Assembly: GCA_012295275.1 (NCBI GenBank)
Contig: CM022672.1
Location: 1,240,001-1,304,000 of the forward strand
From: Chrysomallon squamiferum
Lineage: Eukaryota; Animalia; Mollusca
DNA: 64,000 bases
Direction: 5' to 3'
Part shown: one piece after another, positions 54,201-64,000 of the stretch
Layout of the letters: each line of letters begins with the position of its first letter
Position numbering within the stretch: position 1 is the stretch's first letter
Translations under genes and position numbers: made by a program
The notes under the pieces: generated by a model
Told to the model about the DNA's origin: nothing
The model's input: the letters and a program-made list of their open reading frames with translations, nothing else
Databases searched by the model: none

Positions 54201-55992
54201 CATATCTGTACAACTTCCACAGAGCTGCATCCTGCATATTAGTCTCGTGTCGTTGTTACTTTATTTATTTTAAGCGTTGATTAGCAAGTTTAAATGACAA
54301 TCAGAATAACGTAGTGTTTGCTCAGTGGACTGTGAGACTAAAAAAAATAATAATAATAAAAAAAAGGTTCGTTATCAAAATTTCATTGTTAGTTTGATTT
54401 ATACACAAGTGATAATGCGTTGTGACAGAAATAGAGCTATATCACTGCGAATAAATGATAGCATCAATAATTTAATCAAACGGAAATTAAGTATACGTTA
54501 GTGAATCTGTTAAGTTCAGTCTTGCCTGACCATGGCTTGTATTGCTGCTGCTGTTGTTTTTTTGACACGTGCTCTGTTTTGTTAGCCTAACCAGTGTAGC
54601 TGCCTGTGTTTAAACAGTGTGTTGTAAACTACACAAAATAATATAAAAATAATAAAAGTAAAAAATACAGTTCGAGTGAAACAGTATCTTTCAAACCTTG
54701 TAGGACGCAGCTGAAACGATTCAAATCCACAAGAATACTGTTTTATAAAAACAGCTTACTACTGAAAGATTATTAGAATATGTTTAGAAACCAGACTATA
54801 TAACCTCGCCGGTTTTAACCTTAGTTTAAAATCTGTTTATAAAGTTAAATTTTGGACATAATATTTATTATTATTATTAGTTTTTGCCCGGTTGTCTAGA
54901 TGTTAATTATGGACATCTAGCGTCCAGTATTTTATGTTTCAAAATATCTAATTAAATAATACTATGGACAAATACTAGATTTTTATGTTTAAGACATATA
55001 AACAACAAAAAGAAAATTTTTAAATCAAGTTTCATTGAAATCAGTATTTATATTCTGAAACTAATTATGATGAAATCTGCAAGAAACAAGGATTGAAACT
55101 TGTGATTGATCACCTCCGAGATAAACAAACAAAAACAATGATTCAAACCTATGCACTTGTCATTCTAAAGCATATGCTATTTGCACACATTTCTAACTCT
55201 ATGCCCAGAATAGCATATACTAATAATATATATATACATACATATGCTAAATTCAGTTATCTGGCAATATATTTGATTTTTTTTTCTTCTTTCGTTTATA
55301 TTGATAACTAAAACAGGATGTGAACTTTGCCCAATTTCCTAGCCATTGAAATGTCGACAAAGAATTCCTTTCTTTCATCTGCACTTCTTTTTTCCGTTTT
55401 ACTTAAACATATCACGTTTAGTTTGACGCTGATATCTACAGTGAAATATCAAAGGATATAGAGGAATATTAATATATTTTTTTCCTATTCCATATCTGTA
55501 TCACATTGCACATATTTCGTGACAGGTCAACTCATTTGAAAATGAACTCGAAATAACTGAAATATTACTAATCAAAGGAGGATCTTCTCCTTTTGTTTCC
55601 TTTCAAATTATATTCTGCTTTATAACACAGGAACAAATACAGAGAGGAAAAGAAGAAAGCGAGTAAAAGGATCGATCCACTGTGATGGAAGAATATTAAA
55701 CAAATACTGTTCTGACGCGTTCTCTGCGAATTGTACCAAACTTCCTTTGTTCATTTCTTGTTTTGCATTACTGTTGTTGTTTTCGCCGTCGTTGCTGTTC
55801 TTGCCATCATCACTGTTATTGTTTTTAACTTCTAGAAAAATAATCCTGCGATACTTACATACATAGATACTAAAATGGGACAAATTATTATAAAAACATT
55901 CCTTTTTCCCAGTCTTCATTAATTTCTTTTAGCTGAACCTACTAGAAATCTTAATAAGTAAAATGTTACTACTACAGTTTCTGCTCCTGCTG

Positions 55993-56029
<37 letters not shown>

Positions 56030-56886
56030 CAACACCACTACCATTAGCATTCGGCTAAAACTCTAGTATAACAACTACTACTTTACACCTACAGCTGCAA
56101 CGGCTATTACTATTTTTAGCACTACTGCTACTTTTACTACTGCTACAACGACCACCATCACAACTACTACTAAAAACAGAATGCAAAACTTACAATGAAC
56201 GCTACTCATGTCAGATTCATTAATCTCTCTAAGGCGATTCAAATCCTATCTAGAGAATATTTTCGTTTCATAACTAGGGAAACGCACTGTTGTCTATATT
56301 CAATGTTATCTGCAAAGCCCTCTGTTTACAGCATGTAAGAAAATATATTATTTCAAGATCTGTCTCTAAAAACAATGCCTCTAGAACACAACCTCTAAGT
56401 TTAGCTGAAATATATTTTCGGTAGATTTGGACATTTGCCACTTCTGTACAACACTGGCAGATTTGTTTGCTCCAGCAAAGCGGAATAAATGGCAATATTC
56501 CACAGCCTGGTGGAAAACATACAGCGACCACAGTTTGGTGTTTCTTAAAGAAGGTGTTTCAGTTTGTATACATGGTCCTGTATGGCTTTTTTATTTTTAT
56601 TTTTGTTTTTTATAATATATAATACTGGCAATAAACATGTACCCTTCCTTTCTCTCCGACCTTCCACCACACAGCATGTATTTGTCCATCCGCTTAAAAA
56701 CATTTAGATGTACAAAGCATACAACCTTAATATATGCATGCATACTGATACAAACACATATAATCTCTTCATCTATTTCTCTATATCTGCCTCTCTCAAT
56801 TTCTCTCTCTGTTACTCTGTTATATACTCATATACACATAATTTATTTCTTTCTCATATTCATATACACTCATTTTACTCTCTCTT

Positions 56887-56890
<4 letters not shown>

Positions 56891-56978
<88 letters not shown>
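56891..56978. repeat. (CT)n microsatellite
   Basis: Pure run. Confidence 0.98.
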
Positions 56979-56982
<4 letters not shown>

Positions 56983-57480
56983 TATCTCTATGTATTTCTC
57001 CTACATAAACATATTTGTATGTACATTCGCACCCCACACAGAAAAACACAAACACCATCACAAACACGACATACGTAAGTAAATTTGTAAATTGCAACCA
57101 TTAATTTTAGCCTGTGAGCCAGAAACTCTCGGAATCGCCAATAATAGAATTCCGGGCGCTAAACGCTTGCTTTGAATTTCATCTCGAGCATGACTGCTTG
57201 TATACAATTAATTGAATCTTTTAACTTGTACACACTCCGCACTATTCTCTCATTGTCTCTCATCGACATAAACAAGTTTCTGATAATGTCACTGGTTGGC
57301 TACCCGGCTAGTAACTAAGCGAAACCCGATGGGCTCCTGTGCGGGGGTGATGAATTGTGGCAACATATCGCTGTTTTAATTAATTTATTACTGTGTTTGT
57401 TCAAGAGATTTGCAAAATCATTATATTCCGGTTCGATAAATATTTTATAGATTTCTGTTAGAATTTTAAATATGACCCAT

Positions 57481-57599
<119 letters not shown>

Positions 57600-58006
57600 G
57601 ACATATAGGTATGTATATGTTAAGTATGTATCCAGCTCATACATAATAACCATAATGAACTGTAGTTAGCTTATACAGACAGCAGAATGAAAAGATAATA
57701 ACAAAGAAAAGCAATGGGCAGCACAAAACGTCTATTACAGGATTTACGATATTGTCAAGTTAGATGATTATTGGCGATATTCACAGAGACTGCATACAGA
57801 TCACTGTCTAATTATAACAGTGGTATCAGATTTACCGGGCTTACGAGGACACGGTTGGATGGTAAAAAGTTATAATGATAGCTTGTTATAAATTAGATGG
57901 TTATTAATGATAAGGTTTATATTTATCAATACACTGCAACACTTCTGGTTAGATTTATAGTAGGAGGAATGGTAATTATAAGGATAATAGCGTCTAAATA
58001 ATAATA

Positions 58007-58046
<40 letters not shown>

Positions 58047-58116
58047 GTAATAATAATAATCGAAATGAAATGAGACAGAAACAGATAACTACCACATGTG
58101 TATATGTGTGTGTATT

Positions 58117-58164
<48 letters not shown>

Positions 58165-58264
58165 TTTACATACCTGTATGTATATATGTGTCTGTCTGTT
58201 TGTATATAGGTATGTATGTATGTATATTTGTATGTATACACACACATGCACGCACACACATATA

Positions 58265-58268
<4 letters not shown>

Positions 58269-58337
<69 letters not shown>

Positions 58338-58366
58338 CGATAGAGCTAAAGACAAAAGGTTAAGAG

Positions 58367-58431
<65 letters not shown>

Positions 58432-58454
58432 CGATAGAGCTAAAGACAAAAAGG

Positions 58455-58533
<79 letters not shown>

Positions 58534-58560
58534 CGATAGAGCTAAAGACAAAAAGGTTAA
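58269..58560. repeat. Higher-order repeat, 3 x [(GA)33-36 + ATACGATAGAGCTAAAGACAAAA(A)GGTTAA]
   Basis: The unique 29-30-mer occurs at 58335, 58429 and 58531, each preceded by a GA tract. Confidence 0.97.
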
Positions 58561-59028
58561 GAGAAAGAAACATTCACAGACAGCGAGAAAGACACATACT
58601 GAGAACATATATACATATTCCAAAAAATAAACCCAGTTCCAGACTGACTAATTGAAAGAAAAGAAATCTCCTACTCGTTTTGACCGATATCTTTCGATAC
58701 CACCCTTGACGTTTTTGATCTTGGTTATGTATTGCACGCACAGAATATATAGATTTCTGTCGCTGTAATCATAGTTAATAGCGGGTCGGATTACACACTT
58801 ATAATTGTTCCGTACCCTCGGTAATGGATTAGTGACAAAAATACAGCGATAGAGATCGTTTCGCATGAACCTTGTAAATACTTTTATTTTTTTTTTTTCA
58901 AACAGGTTTTTTTTTGTTCTGTTCATTATTTTTTTATATATATATATTGTTTCTTTTTTATATATTTTATTATATTTTTTATATTTCTGATATATTCAGA
59001 AAATAGTATTATTATTATTATTATTATC

Positions 59029-59077
<49 letters not shown>

Positions 59078-60874
59078 CTGTTTGTTCTTTTTATCTATTA
59101 TTCATCATCATCTTCAAGTTTTTTACAGAAATTTATACACTAAGCATCTTTTATAGTCTGTTTTTTTCTGTATCATCTTGTTTTTTTTTTTTTTTTTTTT
59201 TTTTTTTCTTCACTGTGCTGAGTGATTGCTGTTAAAATATAAAACGACTGCAATTTCGTTTAGTTATTGTTCCAATTTCACGCCAGACCAACAATGAAAA
59301 ATCGCAGTAAAAAACAAGCCTACCAAAAAAATAAAAAAAAAAAAAAAAAAAAAAATAAAAAAAATAAAAAAAAATACCGCCAGAATGTTCCTCTACACGT
59401 CTGCCAATTCCATCACTTCTTCGTCTGCTGTAAAACTTCTCAGTGCATAGATGTGTTAATCCTCTTCGCATTCCCAAAATAAATCCTCGAAAGATGTTCA
59501 TGTTTGCATGATCGAAGTATCATTTACCAATCTTTTCGGCCCGTCTACGATGTTTCCCATATCTTGTAAATGCTATCATTTGCGCTAGTATGTTCGAGAT
59601 AGCGCAAGCAAAGTCCAAACATCTGTTTTTTTTAGCCGTTCTTACTTCAAGATCAGCTGATAGCAATACTTTGTTCTCGCAAGAAGATTTTTTTCTTTTT
59701 ACCTAGTTTGTCTGGTACCGAAAACGTTCATTGCTACGATCACCATTTAGCGGTTAAAAGCAGACGACCGGCAAGCAGACGACATTACAAAAAAAAAAAA
59801 AAAAAAAAAAACGCGCCCGAAAAGGCTCGAGTCAGATCTGCAGGTTCATATTAATCCCGAATAGGATTTTTGTCCATTAATTTTTCATAACGCGATCAGC
59901 CTCTTCTGGTTCCAGGGTCAGATTCGTTCAGCGCAGAAGGAAAGGACGTATATCACAGAGATAATTTAGTGTGAAACCGAAAGGCATGTTGGGTTATCAA
60001 CATTTCAGCATACCTTGGTTTATCACTGGGCTAACAGAAAGTGAACTTTTGATCCAAATACTGAAGACGAAATCGCCTGTCGATGCAAAGTATCAGAAAT
60101 ACATTTAAAATAATTTTGTTTTTTCTTCTTCTTTTCCAAAAAGATTTGTCGGGAATGATGTATTTCCTAATTCTGTGCGCCAAATAACTACTGCTTGGTA
60201 ATATATATATATTTTTTTATATATATAATTTTTTGCGGACAGTGCTGGAAAATTTATATAAAAAAAAGTTTAAACAAAAAAAAAAAAAAAGATTAAAAAA
60301 AAATTAAATTAAAAAAAAAAAAATAGGATCAAAAGAAAACAAAGGAAAGAAAGAAAGAAAGAGAAAGAAAAGAAAAGAAAAAACCCAAAGTTGTTAATGT
60401 ATTAAGTGAAGCCTCGAAAACAAAACACCATTCCAAGCTGAGTCCCTGATTTGAAGTTTCTACCAACAACTTGCAGTGATTTGTAAACAGGTATTTTTCT
60501 TGTCTTTCTGTCAGACGAGGTGTGTTTCTAATGAACTGTCTCCGATCTGATCTTTATCTCCGCCTGCCGGCCACATTCTACCACCGTGCTCATGTGCGAA
60601 ATATCGAACAGGCGCCATTTTGAAATCTTCCAGCGCGTAACTTATCTTTGTTTACCTACGTTGCCCCACAACGTTCTATGACGTCATAATGCTCTCAGTA
60701 ATACCCTTTTTAAGGATGTTTATTCTGTCGGAAAAAGGTAAGCTATTATGCTTTATGTATGGTTTTAAAGTAATTTCAACCATGTTCCTGTGAATGTAAT
60801 TTATTTATTTATTTATTTGTACTTTCATTTATTCTATTTTTATTTTTTTGATTGTTCATTTGTGCTAGATTCTT

Positions 60875-60952
<78 letters not shown>

Positions 60953-60985
60953 AACTACTACTACTATTACTATTGCTGCTGCTGC

Positions 60986-61037
<52 letters not shown>

Positions 61038-61059
61038 GTTATTATTATTATTATTATTT
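60875..61059. repeat. (ACT)n(GCT)n(ATT)n compound
   Basis: Visible runs. Confidence 0.97.
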
Positions 61060-61827
61060 ATCATTCAACACTGAAATAACAGCAGTAACGCCAACAACAA
61101 AAACATCATAAATTAACTGAATATAACGGTTTACCGGTCTGCTCGATTATTCTTTGGTACATTCGCAAACAGAGAATGAAAAAAATCGTTAATTTAAATA
61201 TGTTTTCACACTGACTCTCTTCCATGCAACCAACAGCGCTTGTTTAATTTTGTGTATTTGATTATGCACAGGTGTACTCTTGAATACACATGCTTGAATA
61301 CATATGTGTATTTACTTAAGCAAAAAATATATTTTTCCGTGATTTAAAAAAAAAAAAAAAAAAAAAAATTAAATTATTAATTATCAGAATTATTATTATT
61401 ATTATCTGTTTGCCCAGCGGTTTTGCGAGATCAGTATTAAGGTGCATTATGACAGCCAGACTGGGAAGAACGATTGCCCGTAATGTAACAAGCACAATGT
61501 GTTTGACAAAATTAACTGAGAAAGGCTAGAGATTAGAAAATAACTAAATTTTTCTCTAAGTATGCGTACTATTCTATGATCCTCAGCGTATGGGAATACA
61601 AAACAGCCACTGGCTTCAACTGAAGATAAACTGAGGTGTAAGATCTTTGCTTGTTTCTGCTCTAGCACTAATTTTATAAAGTATTAAAAGTAACACTGAC
61701 TTTGGGTAGGCAAGCCAGACCATTTCATGATATCTATGTCTATAATATATCTATCTATCTATCTATCTATCTGTCTATCTATGTATATGTGTGTGTGCGT
61801 ATGTGTGTGTGTGTGTGTGTATGTGTG

Positions 61828-61861
<34 letters not shown>

Positions 61862-62050
61862 TATACCAGTATGTCTGAATATAACTCTAATCCCGTTTGG
61901 CAAATGCAGATTATTCAGTCAGTTCTGGTATTTGATCTCGCTGCCTCAAAGACTTCTATATACCGTCTTAACCATGTCGTTATAATTATCACAATAAAAT
62001 GATTCTAAGAACTCCTAGCAAAGAATGAGTCAGTTTCAGAGATCCGATCC

Positions 62051-62167
62051 AGCTTTCTCTAAGTGAACTTTCTCTGAGTGAGCTTTCTGTAAGTGAGCTT
62101 TCTCTAAGTGAACTTTCTCTAAGTGAGCTTTCTCTGAGTGAGCTTTCTCTGAGTGAACTTCCTCTCT
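62051..62167. repeat. 15-bp minisatellite x about 7.7 (A(G/A)CTTTCTCT(A/G)AGTG)
   Basis: Exact 15-bp period; source of the LRESS and HSEKA ORFs. Confidence 0.97.
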
Positions 62168-62330
62168 TTGCCATTCTGACGTGGGAGTGGCCATTAAAAG
62201 TCTGTCAATTAATGATTCAAGACAATTAATAATTGATATCCAATTAAACACAGTTTGTACACTGGATATTGTTTCCAATCAATTTGTTTTTGTCGTTTTC
62301 GTCATGCCTGGTCAATGATCTCTTGTCGTG

Positions 62331-62362
<32 letters not shown>

Positions 62363-64000
62363 TCTAAAGATGTAGACAAATTTCTGTCGATATTTTCTTA
62401 ATGAGTTCCAGTGTCATTTGTTTATAATATGACATGATTAGATACGTCGATATTTTGTACCTGTCATGTAGATATTGTGAAATCAGGTTCTTGCTTAGAT
62501 TCAGTTTTTTATCTTTTTTCTTTTTCACATACTCACACATATTAGTACATACATACGTATATATATTCAGACAAGGGCGAGTCGATCATATACGTGTGTA
62601 TGGATGTATTAGTAAGTGTGAGTATGTTAAAAAGAAAAAGAAAAGAAAGCAAAAGACTGATTCTGAGCAAGAACCAGATTTCACATAGATATGGATAAAT
62701 TCATACATACCCATACGTGCATATATACATTTTAGATACGGGTTAAAATATGAAATAAATAAATATACATTTTTAAGTACAACATTATAAATGATTTGAT
62801 TGTGGTTTACTAGTCAGGAACATTCAAAGGACAGTACAAAATGTGATTACAAATAACACTATCAGAGGGTTACACTGAGACGTTAGTTTTGTTCAGTTAG
62901 TTTCAGCAGTGAAAGTAAAACCGATTCGTTATCCACAATGTACCGGCCTTACATCCGATGTAAGCTCGTAGTATTACAAAATTCATTCAGCGACTATACG
63001 TTACATTAGTCATTGTCATTTGTAGTTTATTTGCCATTCGCCACGTGTATTATTGTTTTTAGTTCGTGCACAATCATTATCAAGACCATACGGTACAACA
63101 TACATCATACCCAGGTAATTTCTCCCTTTAATGAACACTCAGCAGTAACGATCAGTTAACATATAAAATAAAAACTGCAATTTTCTTCTTCTTTTCCCCC
63201 CACCTTTTTCTTTCACAATACACTTATGCATTATTATTATTTTTATGTTTATGTGTCTATTGAACTGGGAGCCTAAAATAGCCGCATTTTGCTAAAAATA
63301 CTCCACTCGTTTGCGTGGATATTCCCAATATTACACCTCCTCGGCCTGATTGGACAGGGAAGTGTCGATCATATTGACTTTGAAAAGCCTTCAACCGGTT
63401 GTTGAATTGCCGCTTTGCTGGACTCCGTTCCGTGGCTACTGGTTGTTTTCCCGTCTCAATCAGCCGATCACAGATTCCTCTCTCTCTCTCTGTGTGTGTG
63501 TATTATGTGTGGATCTGAACGAGACTTAGTTTTCTCTCCCTTGCTCCCCGACACACAGAGCACTACGAGTTTTCTCACCAAGCTGCGTGTATCGGCATTC
63601 TACGGTTACCGCTGTCTGTGTGCCGTACACTTAGCGCAGCGGTTGTTCGCGTTCATGTGTGACAGGGGATAAAATAAAAATATATTATATAAAAAAAAAG
63701 ATAAGAGAAACAGTATATCGTAAAAAAAAGAAAGAAAAAAGGTCTGTGCTGCTGTAACAGTTACGAGGAAGAAAGAAAGAAAGAAAGACGTTGCCAGCTA
63801 AGCGACGACGAAGTTCGATTGTGAATTTACAACACTGGTGGTAATCGTGCAGTTGAGAGGAGAAATTTATATTCTCTGTGTTTTATTTGGAATCTTCGAC
63901 TATTGATTGATTTCTCTTTTCTTTTAGTATATATATATTTTATTATTCTGAGAGTGGCGATCTGTCTGATGCTGTGAAAACAATGTGACTGGTGACAGGA

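Noticed and set aside
54140-54230. Functional tRNA gene on the minus strand
   Set aside because: It has only a B-box/T-arm-like word; acceptor, D and anticodon stems cannot be built.
55574-55598. Hairpin AAAGGAG...CTCCTTT followed by T's, like a rho-independent terminator
   Set aside because: The DNA is eukaryotic with no upstream gene, and a short stem like this is expected by chance.
58269-58560. CRISPR-like repeat-spacer array
   Set aside because: The spacers are (GA)n microsatellite and there are only three repeats.
61989-62278. Repeat-peptide ORFs (LRESS)n and (HSEKA)n
   Set aside because: A 15-bp unit is a multiple of 3 and so yields pentapeptide repeats in any stop-free frame; there is no other coding evidence.

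Overview
This is AT-rich, microsatellite-saturated eukaryotic DNA, most likely animal and probably a gastropod mollusc. The taxon is an inference from decayed tRNA-derived, Meta-domain-like SINE relics recalled from mollusc genomes. I recognise no protein-coding gene, rRNA, intact tRNA, known miRNA, CRISPR array or prokaryotic system. Most ORF-track entries are translations of (AAT)n, (ACT)n, (AG)n, (AC)n or (ATAC)n tracts, or short chance ORFs. Well supported: dozens of microsatellites, a very homogeneous 17 x 40-bp minisatellite (50951-51630), several smaller or older tandem arrays, and at least 4-5 decayed copies of one SINE family. Simple repeats alternate with 0.3-0.7-kb higher-complexity islands rich in homeodomain, TALE, bZIP, bHLH and RFX-type motifs, which looks like a giant intron or regulatory gene desert. 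The best leads are all speculative: a frame-preserving 39-nt candidate exon (13602-13640), a 3-nt microexon or recursive-splice candidate (4301-4303) inside a (GA)n/(CT)n fold-back, a C-rich promoter-like island with a G4 and a one-base-frameshifted 142-aa ORF (35207-35636), and a hairpin cluster at 40676-40813. None demonstrates a new biological system.
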